From the NCBI GenBank assembly GCA_036170915.1, contig JAVHQC010000011.1, positions 1-64,000 on the forward strand: a stretch of 64,000 nucleotides of DNA, written 5' to 3'. Made by a program: the position numbers and the translations under genes. Shown here piece by piece: positions 30,976 to 41,390 of the stretch. Each line of letters starts with the position of its first letter. Within the stretch, counting starts at the first letter, position 1. A model generated the notes under the pieces. That model saw nothing but the letters and a program-made list of their open reading frames with translations, ran no database searches and was not told the DNA's origin. Source of the stretch: Cyanobacteria bacterium auto_48_18. Its GTDB lineage: Bacteria > Cyanobacteriota > Vampirovibrionia > Obscuribacterales > Obscuribacteraceae.

Positions 30976-32367
30976 ATGTATGTCACCTTATATGGTGCTG
31001 CTCAAGAAGTCACCGGATCATGTTATTTGCTGCAAACAGCCACTTCGAAACTGCTTATTGATTGTGGTATGTTTCAGGGTTCAAAGCGTTTAGAACTTCA
31101 AAACCGCATTCCGGCTAGCCTCAGTGCAAAGACACTTTCAGCCGTGCTGCTCACTCATGGGCATCTCGATCATTGTGGCCGACTGCCGCAATTGATTAAG
31201 GCCGGATATACAGGACCTATTTTTGCAACTGAGGGCACAGAGGCTATTGCCAAACTAATTCTCACAGATGCAGCGAAAATTGAAGAAGAAGATACCGAGA
31301 AAGAAAATCGCAAACGAAAAAGAGAGAAATTGCCGCTGATTAAGCCACTCTTTCGCCTTAGCCACACCAGACAAGTTTGCCAGCAATTTCATCTTATCGA
31401 GTACTGTCAGTGGTTTACTGTCGCCCCTGGCATCGAGGCCCAATTTATCGAGGCCGGCCATATTTTAGGCTCTGCCAGCATCGTGCTTAAGGTGACTGAA
31501 GATAATAAAGTCAAACATTTGGTTTTCTCCGGTGACCTGGGCCGCTGGGATGCACCCATAATGCTAGATCCATCACCACCTGTAGAGGCTGATGTAGTTT
31601 TTCTTGAGTCTACTTACGGCGATCGCGTCCATCCTCCGCTGGCTCAAACCCTGACAGAATTTGAAACCCTGATTAAACAAGGAATTGAGAAGAAAGGCAA
31701 AATTCTTATCCCCACTTTTGCCGTTGGACGCACACAACAAATTCTCTATCAATTGGCTTCAATGATTCGAAGAAAGGTGATTGCGCCCCTGCCGATTTAT
31801 CTTGATAGCCCCATGGCCATTGCTGCCACAGAGCTATACGCCAAGCACGTAGCTTTTATGGATAACGAAGCAAAAGAATTGCAAATCACCGGTCAATTGC
31901 ACAGCGATCTTGCCACTCTGAAAACCTGCCTCACTGTTGAAGAATCGAAGGCGCTTAATAACATTGACGGCCCGGCAATTATTTTAGCCGGCGCAGGCAT
32001 GTGCAATGCCGGTCGAATTTTGCATCATTTTTTGCGGCAGCTTAACAGCCCTGAGACTCTTGTAATTATTGTCGGCTATCAGGCCAAAGGATCAATTGGT
32101 AGAGATTTAATTGCCGGAGTAAGCCAGGTGAAAATTCTTGGTGAGACTGTTCGTGTTCGCGCCACTGTCGCGGGCATAGACGGTTTTAGTGCCCATGCTG
32201 ACCAGAAAGATTTGCTACGCTGGCTGCATCCTTGCGCTATGGGACGTCCGCGAGTAGTGCTCACTCACGGCGAGAGTCACTCAATTGACCAGCTTGCCTA
32301 TCAAATTGATGAGGCGTTCAAGATTAAGTGCGAAAAACCTAAGCAAGGCGCAAAAATTCAATTTTGA
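30976..32367 (+). CDS. MBL-fold beta-CASP nuclease (RNA-processing type)
   Basis: THGHLDH, AGHILGS, SGDLG, ESTYG, SAHAD and HGE motifs. Confidence 0.92.
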   Translation: MYVTLYGAAQEVTGSCYLLQTATSKLLIDCGMFQGSKRLELQNRIPASLSAKTLSAVLLTHGHLDHCGRLPQLIKAGYTGPIFATEGTEAIAKLILTDAAKIEEEDTEKENRKRKREKLPLIKPLFRLSHTRQVCQQFHLIEYCQWFTVAPGIEAQFIEAGHILGSASIVLKVTEDNKVKHLVFSGDLGRWDAPIMLDPSPPVEADVVFLESTYGDRVHPPLAQTLTEFETLIKQGIEKKGKILIPTFAVGRTQQILYQLASMIRRKVIAPLPIYLDSPMAIAATELYAKHVAFMDNEAKELQITGQLHSDLATLKTCLTVEESKALNNIDGPAIILAGAGMCNAGRILHHFLRQLNSPETLVIIVGYQAKGSIGRDLIAGVSQVKILGETVRVRATVAGIDGFSAHADQKDLLRWLHPCAMGRPRVVLTHGESHSIDQLAYQIDEAFKIKCEKPKQGAKIQF

Positions 32368-32386
32368 AAGCGAACAAGTGAGATAA

Positions 32387-35146
32387 GTGGTGCCAGAAGA
32401 AGCAAGTTTGATCAACGATACGCAGCCTGCCGTTTGTAGCAGCGAGAGTGAGCTTAGCGATCAGCCAGTGGCCTTGCTTCTCAAAGATCTCGGCACTGAT
32501 AGAGTCTTGGGTTTACCTGCCGAAGTGGCAGCTCACAGGCTTGCCACCGATGGTACCAACGAGTTTGCTAAAGCACATTCGGTTAGTGCCTTCAATGTGC
32601 TGCTTGAACAATTCAAATCGAGCGTTGTGATTTTGCTCATAGTTGCCACTGTGATATCACTTCTGATGCATGAATATCTTCAGGCCGCCGGAATTGTTGC
32701 CGCCCTGGTAATTAATGCCACCATTGGTTTTCTGACTGAGTATCGAGCCAAAGTGTCTCTTGCGGCGCTGGCTAAAATGGCTGGCGCTGTCATTCGCGTC
32801 AGGCGTGCTGGTCGTGAGTCAGAGTTGGCGGTGACCGAACTTGTGCGCGGCGATATCATTTTATTAGAGTCAGGAACTCGAGTACCAGCCGATTTGCGCC
32901 TGATTGAAAGCGCTGCATTTTCCATCGATGAGTCAGCGCTTACCGGCGAAAGCGTTGCTGTTTTTAAAGATGCCGATGCCTTCAACACCGATGATAGGCT
33001 CGCTTCACAAGGCACCTGCGTTGTGAGCGGGCGCGCTGTAGGTGTGGTTATTGCTACCGGCGACAGAACCAAAATGGGTAAGCTGGGTGCAATTCTCCAT
33101 GATGTGCAGCTTGCTGAAACGCCCTTGACCAAGGCTCTAGACGCTCTCGGCCGCCAGTTGACCATGCTCGTGATGGTATTGTGTGTGGTTTTTGTTGTGC
33201 TCGGTTTATTGCGGCACACATCTCTTGAACGAATGTTGGAAACCAGCATCGCACTGGCAGTGGCAGCTATTCCTGAAGGTTTGCCAATTATTGCCACCCT
33301 GGCTCTGGCCGCCGGCATTAGAAGAATGATTGTGGCCAAGGCACTGGTCAGACGACTGGCCGCTGTTGAGACTCTGGGTTGCACCACGGTTATCTGTACT
33401 GACAAAACCGGCACACTGACTGAAAACAAAATGCTGGTAACGCACATAATTTTAGATCGTCAGGAATTACGTATTTCAGGACGAGGCTACGAACCCACCG
33501 GCGAACTAACCAGTATTCATGCAGATCTTACGTTGAGCAGTCCTGTAGTACGAGATTTTCTGGCTGCAGTCAGACTTTGCAATGATGCTCGGTTAGAAAA
33601 ACATGATGGGGCGGAAGGCTGGCATATTCACGGTGATCCTACAGAAGGCTCACTAATCACAGTCGCAGTTAAACTTGGTCTTGACGACGAGCAGCTTTGT
33701 GCCGACTTCCCGAGAGTGGCTGAAATTCCGTTTGATTTAAGCCGCAAAAGAATGACTACTATTCACGCCAGGCCTGACACAGGTCATGTGCTTTATCTTA
33801 AAGGGTCTCCTGAAGCTGTGCTTTCAGTCTGTCACCAGTGGCGTAGTGCCGAAGGCAATAAAGAACTAACTGCAGAGACAAGGGAATGGTTTCTCAATGA
33901 AAATGAGAAATTGGCACGGCAGGGGCTGAGAGTTCTAGCTGTAGCCACTAGCGATTTGGAAAAAGTTCCTGATGATCTGGACAGCTCTATTGTCGAAAAA
34001 GAACTGACATTGCTTGGTTTGGTAGGTATGGCTGATCGGCCGAAAGAGAATGTGGCTGAGGCAATTGCCATGTGTCACGATGCTGGTATTCGCCTGGTTA
34101 TGCTTACTGGCGATCAACCTGAGACAGCTAAGGCAATTGCTGTTGAACTAGGCATCACTGATGGTGTGACAGATCAAAAGTCGATTCTTTCGGGCAGTGA
34201 TCTGAACAAGCTAACAGATGAAGAGATAGTACGTGTGCTCGCTCAAGTTACTGTGTTGGCTCGCGTTACACCTGAGATGAAATTAGATATTGTCAAACGC
34301 TTACAAGCAGCAGGCCAGATAGTAGCCATGACCGGTGACGGTGTAAATGACGCACCGGCCTTACGGCAGTCAAACATAGGCATCGCTATGGGGCTTGCCG
34401 GCACAGATATGGCTCGTGAAGCGTCGGACCTTGTTATTACTGATGACAATTTTGCCACTATCGTCAAAGCTATTAAACAGGGAAGAATTATATACGGCAA
34501 TATTCGCCGAGCGGTTGGATATTTGCTTACTGCCAGCCTGACGTCGGTGGTTGCTATTGGTCTTGGTCTTCTTGCCAATACTGGGCTCTTTCTTGAGCCA
34601 TTGCAACTACTCTATCTAAATTTGATCATGCATGTCTTTCCCGGCCTGGGCATCGTGCTGCAAAACGATCCGGCTGACGTGATGAAACGCCCGCCACGAA
34701 AACAAAATCAAAACTTACTGGGCCGGTACGAACAATTTCAAATTCTTACTCGCAGTGCGCTAATTGGCATTATCACCCTTATAACCGTGGCCATAGACCA
34801 AATCTATTTCAATGCTGCCAATTGCGCCACTGTGGCCCTGTCAACCTTGTCGCTGGCTTTGATATTGCAATCATGGTCGTGGTTGAAAGCCGGAAGCATA
34901 AGCATTGAGCGCGGCCACCAGAGCCGGTTTAATGCTCCTATGGTGGGAAGCACCGTTATTAGTCTGGTTCTGGTGGTGGCAGCAATTTATCTGCCGCCAT
35001 TGCAGATAGCTTTAAACACAACCATTCTCAGTCAGGCAGAAATTATTCTTGTCTTGATTTCAGCCTTGTTTACATATGTGCTATCTATGCCCCTTTCGGG
35101 GCGGCTGACCAAGCCATTGACTGAAATGCTGAAAAGCGACCGTTAA
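32387..35146 (+). CDS. Cation-translocating P-type ATPase (type II-like)
   Basis: TGES, PEGL, DKTGTLT, KGSPE, TGD and GDGVNDAPAL. Confidence 0.95.
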   Translation: MVPEEASLINDTQPAVCSSESELSDQPVALLLKDLGTDRVLGLPAEVAAHRLATDGTNEFAKAHSVSAFNVLLEQFKSSVVILLIVATVISLLMHEYLQAAGIVAALVINATIGFLTEYRAKVSLAALAKMAGAVIRVRRAGRESELAVTELVRGDIILLESGTRVPADLRLIESAAFSIDESALTGESVAVFKDADAFNTDDRLASQGTCVVSGRAVGVVIATGDRTKMGKLGAILHDVQLAETPLTKALDALGRQLTMLVMVLCVVFVVLGLLRHTSLERMLETSIALAVAAIPEGLPIIATLALAAGIRRMIVAKALVRRLAAVETLGCTTVICTDKTGTLTENKMLVTHIILDRQELRISGRGYEPTGELTSIHADLTLSSPVVRDFLAAVRLCNDARLEKHDGAEGWHIHGDPTEGSLITVAVKLGLDDEQLCADFPRVAEIPFDLSRKRMTTIHARPDTGHVLYLKGSPEAVLSVCHQWRSAEGNKELTAETREWFLNENEKLARQGLRVLAVATSDLEKVPDDLDSSIVEKELTLLGLVGMADRPKENVAEAIAMCHDAGIRLVMLTGDQPETAKAIAVELGITDGVTDQKSILSGSDLNKLTDEEIVRVLAQVTVLARVTPEMKLDIVKRLQAAGQIVAMTGDGVNDAPALRQSNIGIAMGLAGTDMAREASDLVITDDNFATIVKAIKQGRIIYGNIRRAVGYLLTASLTSVVAIGLGLLANTGLFLEPLQLLYLNLIMHVFPGLGIVLQNDPADVMKRPPRKQNQNLLGRYEQFQILTRSALIGIITLITVAIDQIYFNAANCATVALSTLSLALILQSWSWLKAGSISIERGHQSRFNAPMVGSTVISLVLVVAAIYLPPLQIALNTTILSQAEIILVLISALFTYVLSMPLSGRLTKPLTEMLKSDR

Positions 35147-35164
35147 AGAGAAGACTACGGCTCT

Positions 35165-36505
35165 TTAAGACAAAAGTCTTCCATGAAGTTCAAAACATTG
35201 TTTCTCGAGAGAAGCACGGAAATTCGGGTGAGCAATTTCAACTAGAGCACGCATTCGCTGGGTCAAAGATCTGCCGTGAAGCTGTGCGATACCATATTCA
35301 GTGACAACATAGTGTACATCCGCCCTGGTTGTCACTACGCCGCTACCTGGTGCCAGGCAGGCAACAATGCGCGATACGGTGTCAGCTTTGGCTGTTGACG
35401 GTAAGGCGATAATTGCTTTGCCGTCTTTTGACCTTGACGCCCCTCTGATAAAGTCGAGTTGTCCACCAAAGCCGCTGTACAAATAAGATCCAATTGAATC
35501 TGATGAAACCTGGCCAGTGAGATCTACGGCCAGTGCTGAGTTAATTGACGTCATGCGGTAGTTTTGCGAAATTATAAATGGATCGTTGATGAAATCTACA
35601 GTTTGAAATTCTACTGCTGGGTTGTTATCAACAAACTGATAAAGTCTTTGCGTACCCATAATGAAGCTCACCGCAACTTTTCCGGGAAGTACGGTTTTTG
35701 CATCATTTGTCACTACACCAAGTTCCATTAAATCTACTATGCCATCAGACAGCATCTCGCTGTGAACACCCAGATCTTTTTTGGCTGTTAAATGTCCCAG
35801 CACTGCATTTGGTATCGCACCAATACCCAGTTGTATTGTTGCTTGATCGTCAACCAGCGAAGCTACATTTTTGCCAATGGCCTGATCAATCACACCGATA
35901 TTATCAGGAGCCAGCTCTGGTAATGGCCTGTCTGTTTCAACTATATAATCAAGCCTGCTCACATGCACAAAGGATCGACCAAGTGTGCGGGGCATTTGTT
36001 TGTTTACTTCAGCAATGACAATGCGTGCGGCTTTGCGGGCAGCGATTGTACAGTCGACAGATACACCATAGCTGCAATAACCATGGGCATCTGGTGGCGA
36101 TACTTGAATTAAGCAGACGTCGAGCGGCATTTGTTTGCTCTCGAATAACCTGGGTATTTCGCTCAAAAAAATTGGCGTATAGTCAGCCCGTCCCTCATTT
36201 ATAGCTTGCCGAACGTTAGCGCCGATAAACAGCGCGTGTACTTTAAAAGAGCCTTCATATTGCTTGTTTGCATATGCAGCTTTTCCCATGGTCATTATGT
36301 GCACGATTTGAACGTTTTGCAATTGGTTGGCCCGACCCACCATGGCGTCAATCAAGGGCTCAGGGGCAGCAGCATGAGAATGAATGTAAACTGAATCTCC
36401 TGACTTGATGGCCAATACTGCTTCTTCAGCAGAGACGAGTTTTTTATCGTAAGCTGCTTGCCATTCATTTTTTGGTGGAGTGGTTTCAGTTTGAGTTTGA
36501 GTCAT
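35165..36505 (-). CDS. Acetyl-CoA hydrolase/CoA-transferase (4-hydroxybutyrate CoA-transferase family)
   Basis: IQLGIGAIP, HSEM, GFGGQLDF and VVTEYG. Confidence 0.93.
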   Translation of the reverse strand: MTQTQTETTPPKNEWQAAYDKKLVSAEEAVLAIKSGDSVYIHSHAAAPEPLIDAMVGRANQLQNVQIVHIMTMGKAAYANKQYEGSFKVHALFIGANVRQAINEGRADYTPIFLSEIPRLFESKQMPLDVCLIQVSPPDAHGYCSYGVSVDCTIAARKAARIVIAEVNKQMPRTLGRSFVHVSRLDYIVETDRPLPELAPDNIGVIDQAIGKNVASLVDDQATIQLGIGAIPNAVLGHLTAKKDLGVHSEMLSDGIVDLMELGVVTNDAKTVLPGKVAVSFIMGTQRLYQFVDNNPAVEFQTVDFINDPFIISQNYRMTSINSALAVDLTGQVSSDSIGSYLYSGFGGQLDFIRGASRSKDGKAIIALPSTAKADTVSRIVACLAPGSGVVTTRADVHYVVTEYGIAQLHGRSLTQRMRALVEIAHPNFRASLEKQCFELHGRLLS

Positions 36506-36520
36506 TCTAGTTTCGTCCTT

Positions 36521-37018
36521 TCATGCTTGCTCACAGAGGGCGTGCTTGTTGATTTGGTCGATGATCTGGGCAGCTACTTCAGGCACCAGGTCAGCCACCA
36601 CATCACTTAAGTTTTCGAATAAACCAAAGTGACAACTACCAATGGCATAGAGCCAGGCTGGCGGATTGTGATTATACAAAGTCTGACTTAACTGCATTAG
36701 TGTCAGCGGGTTACAGCGATGACTGAGAAATATTGAACTGCCACATTCTAACTCTGAGCTGATGGATTTTTGCAAATCAATCTTTTTGGGTAGACCATCA
36801 GTGAGAGCAGCGCTAGCATCGATGAAAATCACAGCGTCGGCAATGTTAATATCTTCTAGCAGCTCAGGGGCGAGAATTCTGGTAGCAATCACTTTGATGG
36901 TAATTTGCATTGCCAGGTCATAGGCTGCTCGCTTTTTGATTTGCTCGGCTACAGCAATACCAAAACCGTCATCACCTGCCAGATCATTACCAAAACCAAT
37001 TACAAGCCAGTGCATCAA
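36521..37018 (-). CDS. hoxW: Hydrogenase maturation protease
   Basis: IGFGNDLAGDDGFG, LAPEL, FIDA and SH. Follows hoxH. Confidence 0.88.
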   Translation of the reverse strand: MMHWLVIGFGNDLAGDDGFGIAVAEQIKKRAAYDLAMQITIKVIATRILAPELLEDINIADAVIFIDASAALTDGLPKKIDLQKSISSELECGSSIFLSHRCNPLTLMQLSQTLYNHNPPAWLYAIGSCHFGLFENLSDVVADLVPEVAAQIIDQINKHALCEQA

Positions 37019-37033
37019 GAGTCCTATTTTAGC

Positions 37034-38443
37034 TTAGCGTTTAACCCTGTCTAAAACAGTACCACCCACATCAATTAGTTGTACGTCTAGAGCCATTTGT
37101 CCCACGGCATGTGTGGAGCAACTGAGGCAGGGGTCAAAAGTACGAATCACAGCTTCAATGCGATTTAAAATGCCTTCTGTCAGTTTGTCGTTTTTGATGT
37201 AATGCTTAGCAGCCTGAGTAATGCCTTTATTCATGGCTAAGCTGTTGTGTCCTGTGGCTATAATCAAGTCAGCATAGGTAATCAAGCCGTTATCGTCAAT
37301 TTTGTAATGGTGCATGAGCGTGCCACGCGGTGCTTCAGAAATACCAAAACCCTCGTGAGCATTGGCGGCGGCATGAGCGCGCACATGACTGTCTAAAATC
37401 ACGTCGTCGCTCAGCAACTGTTCAATCATTTCAAAGGCGTAGAGAATTTCAATCAGTCTTGCCAGGTGATAATGAAAAGCACTTTTGTGATCGAGTTTTT
37501 TAAATTCAGTCAGTGCTTGATCTGCTCTGGGAGTGCCACAAGTTTTGGCGAGGTGCAGCCGCGCCAGGGGCCCAACTCTATAGAGACCAGCGGGATAACC
37601 CTGCGGTTTATAATAAGGAGATTTCAAATAGCTGTGTGGATTAATGGCCTCAGCGACGATGGTTTTATAATCTTCGGCTGGTAAATCTGCCACCACTGTT
37701 CCTTGATCGTCAGCCAAGCGCAAGCGTCCATCATAGGTTTCAAGCTCATCGTGACTTCCTATCAGACCCATAAACAAGCCCGGAAAATTGGCAAAAACTG
37801 CTATTTCTTCACTAAACTTTTCTAGTGCGACGCTAAACCATTTGATTGTTTGTTCGGCTATTTGAATGGCTTCCGGCAATTTTTTCAAAATGTAATCACG
37901 ATGTTCAGCGCTTAATGCGTGACTGACTCCCCCAGGTACTACCCAACCCGGGTGTATCTTTTTGCCGCCTAGAATTTCGATGATTTCCTGCCCCAGCGCA
38001 CGCAACTGCACTCCACTTCGAGCCAGCTCAGGATTTTCCCTGGCCACTCCAACGATATTGCGTTTGGCTGGGTCCGAATCCATGCCTAAAAGCAGATCTG
38101 GCGAAGAGAGATAGAAAAAACTGAGAGCGTGTGACTGCGCTATTTGAGCCAGATTTATAATTCGTCTTAATTTGACGGCAGTAGGGGGGATGCGTACCGA
38201 CATCAACATGTCGCAAGCTTTGGCTGAGGCAACTAGATGGCTGACGGGGCAAATGCCGCAAATTCTGGCCATTAATGAAGGCATTTCATGAAAGGGTCTG
38301 CCCTCAGCAAATTTTTCAAAACCACGCAACTGCGTGACGTGAAAAAGCGCTTCCTCCACTTCGCCTTGATCATCAAGGTGAATGGTTATTTTTGAGTGTC
38401 CTTCGATTCTGGTGACCGGATCAATAGTAATTATCTTGCTCAT
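37034..38443 (-). CDS. hoxH: Group 3d [NiFe]-hydrogenase large subunit
   Basis: PVTRIEGH, L1 RICGICPVSH and L2 DPCLSCSTH with a cleavable C-terminal tail. Confidence 0.96.
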   Translation of the reverse strand: MSKIITIDPVTRIEGHSKITIHLDDQGEVEEALFHVTQLRGFEKFAEGRPFHEMPSLMARICGICPVSHLVASAKACDMLMSVRIPPTAVKLRRIINLAQIAQSHALSFFYLSSPDLLLGMDSDPAKRNIVGVARENPELARSGVQLRALGQEIIEILGGKKIHPGWVVPGGVSHALSAEHRDYILKKLPEAIQIAEQTIKWFSVALEKFSEEIAVFANFPGLFMGLIGSHDELETYDGRLRLADDQGTVVADLPAEDYKTIVAEAINPHSYLKSPYYKPQGYPAGLYRVGPLARLHLAKTCGTPRADQALTEFKKLDHKSAFHYHLARLIEILYAFEMIEQLLSDDVILDSHVRAHAAANAHEGFGISEAPRGTLMHHYKIDDNGLITYADLIIATGHNSLAMNKGITQAAKHYIKNDKLTEGILNRIEAVIRTFDPCLSCSTHAVGQMALDVQLIDVGGTVLDRVKR

Positions 38444-38467
38444 GCAGACTTCCTAAAATATGCTTGC

Positions 38468-39007
38468 TTAGAGGCCAAAACGAGTGATACCGTGCAGATC
38501 TGGTGTTCTTCCCGCCAAAAGCTCTGTTAGTACCGTGTGAATAGTATCGGCTGAAGGTGGGCAACCAGGTACGTAGACGTCGACTTTAACAACGGTGTGA
38601 ACCGGCCGCGCGTGAGCGCAAAGCAAAGGCACCGTATCTGGTTGCTTGGGTAAGCCGCCGTTGCTTACTCTTTCAAGGATGGCATTTACTCCCAGTGGAT
38701 TGCGCAAAGACGGTACATTAGCGGTTACTGCACAATCACCCAGTGAGACTAAAATTTTGGTATGCTGGCGTACCATCAGTATTTTTTCAAGGTCACTTTC
38801 GCTGCTGACTGCCCCTTCCACAAGGGTAATATCAACATTGTCGGGAAAGTCTTTTCGATCAACTAATGGGCTATAAACAAGATCCACTTTTTCAAGCAGA
38901 GTGAGCAGGCGATGATCCATATCGAGCAATGACATGTGGCAGCCCGAGCAGCCATCTAACCATACCGTGGCCAGAGTTGGCAAAGCTTCGACTTCAGTTC
39001 TGCTCAT
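38468..39007 (-). CDS. hoxY: [NiFe]-hydrogenase small subunit
   Basis: WLDGCSGCHMS, GDCA and PGCPP. Confidence 0.95.
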   Translation of the reverse strand: MSRTEVEALPTLATVWLDGCSGCHMSLLDMDHRLLTLLEKVDLVYSPLVDRKDFPDNVDITLVEGAVSSESDLEKILMVRQHTKILVSLGDCAVTANVPSLRNPLGVNAILERVSNGGLPKQPDTVPLLCAHARPVHTVVKVDVYVPGCPPSADTIHTVLTELLAGRTPDLHGITRFGL

Positions 39008-39711
39008 GATTTTTCCGCTTTCATGTCGGCCAGATAGACGAGGAATTTTGGATCTTTAACCATTTCTCCGGCTGCCTTACCTTTTTCGAACAAGGCGCCA
39101 GTGGGACACGCCTCTACACATTTGCCGCAACTGGTGCAACTGGTAGATTCACCCCAGGGCTGATTCAAATCAGAAATTAATTGTGATTGAATACCGCGAC
39201 CGGCGACATCCCAGGTATGGGCTCCTTCTACTTGATCACAAACACGAACGCAGCGTGTACAGAGAATGCAGCGGTTGGCATCGAAGATAAACAGATCGTG
39301 AGAAGCATCCACGGCTCTGGCCGGGTAACGATATGGTAGGGAGATATGGTCAATTTTTAAATCAGAAGACATGTCTTGCAATTCGCAATTATTATTTGAA
39401 ACACAAACTGAGCAGATATGATTGCCTTCAGTGAAAAGCATTTCGACGATTGTCTTACGGTAGCCACTCAAGCGTTCTGATTCTGTGTTGACCACCATGC
39501 CTTCGCTTACTTTAGTGACGCAGGCAGCCGAAAGTTTTGCACTGCCTTCGATTTCTACCAGACACAGACGGCAGCCGCCCCATTCTGATATGCCATCAAG
39601 TTGGCAAAGTGTAGGAATTTCTATGCCGTGTTCCCGGGCCACGTGCAAAATGTCTTCGTCTTCGCGGCCGCTCATTTCTTGGCCGTTTATTTTTAAGGTG
39701 ACAACGCGCAT
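39004..39711 (-). CDS. hoxU: Diaphorase subunit HoxU
   Basis: IPTLC, CRLC, HICSVC, CILCTRCVRVC and CTSCGKCVEACP. Start set at MRVVTL. Confidence 0.95.
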   Translation of the reverse strand: MRVVTLKINGQEMSGREDEDILHVAREHGIEIPTLCQLDGISEWGGCRLCLVEIEGSAKLSAACVTKVSEGMVVNTESERLSGYRKTIVEMLFTEGNHICSVCVSNNNCELQDMSSDLKIDHISLPYRYPARAVDASHDLFIFDANRCILCTRCVRVCDQVEGAHTWDVAGRGIQSQLISDLNQPWGESTSCTSCGKCVEACPTGALFEKGKAAGEMVKDPKFLVYLADMKAEKS

Positions 39712-41390
39712 GTGGGCCTCCTGATGTCTTGGCCAATGGGGGCGCAAACTCCTGCAGGGCAGGTATGTCCAACTATGTGAGCCAGATATTCACTTTTGAA
39801 AAAGCGTAAAGTACTGAGCACCGGATTCGGTGCGCCCTGACCCAAGCCACAAAGGCTTGTAAATTTGACCACATCGCAAAGAGATTCGAGTTGTCCCAAT
39901 TCTTCCATGGTGCCTTCGCCTTTAGTGATGCGGTCGAGCATGTCGTGCATATGGGCTGTGCCAACCCGGCAAGGAACGCATTTGCCGCAAGACTCGGCAG
40001 CGCAAAATTGCATGAAAAACTTAGCTACATCTACCATGCAAGAGCTATCGTCCATAACAATCATGCCCCCGGAGCCCATAAAAGAGCCCAGCTCCATTAA
40101 CGTTTCGTAGTCGATGGTGGCGTCTAGATGTTCTTCCGGAATGCAGCCGCCAGCAGGCCCACCCGTTTGCACCGCCTTAAATTTGTGACCGTCAGGCACA
40201 CCACCACCAATATCAAATATCATCTGGCGCAGTGATGTTCCTAATGGCACCTCCACCAGGCCGGTATTCATGATTCGGCCGCTCAGGGCAAATGTTTTGG
40301 TGCCTTTGCTGCGCGGGGTGCCGATGGTGGCATACCACTCTGCCCCATTAGTGATAATCGGCACTACATTGGCGAATGTTTCAACGTTGTTGATTAGCGT
40401 GGGCATGCCCCACAACCCAGATTCGGCTGGATAAGGAGGCCTTGGGCAAGGTAAACCTTTGCCACCTTCTATAGATGAAATCAAGGCCGTTTCTTCACCG
40501 CAAACAAATGCACCGGCACCTAGTCTAATTTCTACGTGAAAATCTAATGACATAGAGCCGATTTTGTTGCCCAGTAGGCCGTGTTTTTCAGCGCTGCGAA
40601 TGGCCTTTGTCACTCGCTCAACTGCTAGCGGATATTCAGCTCGCACATAGACGTATCCTTTGGTGGCGCCCACTGCATAAGCAGCTATAGCCATGCCTTC
40701 CAAAACGCGAAAAGGATAATCTTCCAGTACGCTGCGATTCATGAAGGCACCAGGGTCACCTTCGTCGGCATTACAAATCACATATTTTTGTTCGGCTCTG
40801 GCCTTGGCCACTGTGCTCCACTTTAGCCCGGTTGGGTAGCCGGCACCACCGCGTCCGCGCAGCCCGCTCTTCTGCAGCTCCTGCACCACATTGTCTGGAG
40901 AAAACTCAGCCAGAGCTTTAAGCAAAGCGCGAAAACCGCCGGCGGCAATGTAATCTTCGATGCTTTCTGGATTAAGCAAGCCGCGGTGATTGGTAACCAC
41001 ACGATTTTGCTTGACGAAAAAATCGCTTTTGTTATCGCACAATAAACGACTGACTGGTGCACCGGCGAGTGCATCAACAATTTCTTTGGCATCAGCAGGT
41101 TGAACTGTCTGATAGAGCAAATCTTGCTCTGGCACCGAAACTAGAGGAGCGCTGGCGCAATTGCCCTGGCATCCACCAGGTGATACCAGACATTCATTGT
41201 CGCGCCCTTTGTCTTTAATTTCTGCTTGCAAAGCAGCAAGTACCGCGCCGCTTTGCACTGATTGGCAGGCAGTGCCCATGCAAACAAAAACGCGGTGTTG
41301 GTATTGAGCCTGCCAGGCCTCTTGTTCGGCCGCTACTTTTGCCAGGTCTTCTGCCGACGCAATTTGCTGAGTTATTTTTCGATCTATCAT
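39693..41390 (-). CDS. hoxF: Diaphorase flavin subunit HoxF (NuoF family)
   Basis: N-terminal thioredoxin-like [2Fe-2S] Cys motif, GRGGAGYPTG, GAGAFVCGEETAL and ESCGKCVPCR. Start at 41390 overlaps the hoxE stop (ATGA). Confidence 0.95.
   Translation of the reverse strand: MIDRKITQQIASAEDLAKVAAEQEAWQAQYQHRVFVCMGTACQSVQSGAVLAALQAEIKDKGRDNECLVSPGGCQGNCASAPLVSVPEQDLLYQTVQPADAKEIVDALAGAPVSRLLCDNKSDFFVKQNRVVTNHRGLLNPESIEDYIAAGGFRALLKALAEFSPDNVVQELQKSGLRGRGGAGYPTGLKWSTVAKARAEQKYVICNADEGDPGAFMNRSVLEDYPFRVLEGMAIAAYAVGATKGYVYVRAEYPLAVERVTKAIRSAEKHGLLGNKIGSMSLDFHVEIRLGAGAFVCGEETALISSIEGGKGLPCPRPPYPAESGLWGMPTLINNVETFANVVPIITNGAEWYATIGTPRSKGTKTFALSGRIMNTGLVEVPLGTSLRQMIFDIGGGVPDGHKFKAVQTGGPAGGCIPEEHLDATIDYETLMELGSFMGSGGMIVMDDSSCMVDVAKFFMQFCAAESCGKCVPCRVGTAHMHDMLDRITKGEGTMEELGQLESLCDVVKFTSLCGLGQGAPNPVLSTLRFFKSEYLAHIVGHTCPAGVCAPIGQDIRRPTCALSP

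Noticed and set aside
32680..33447. 255-aa antisense ORF
   Set aside because: Shadow of the P-type ATPase with no independent motifs. The same applies to most short antisense ORFs in the track.
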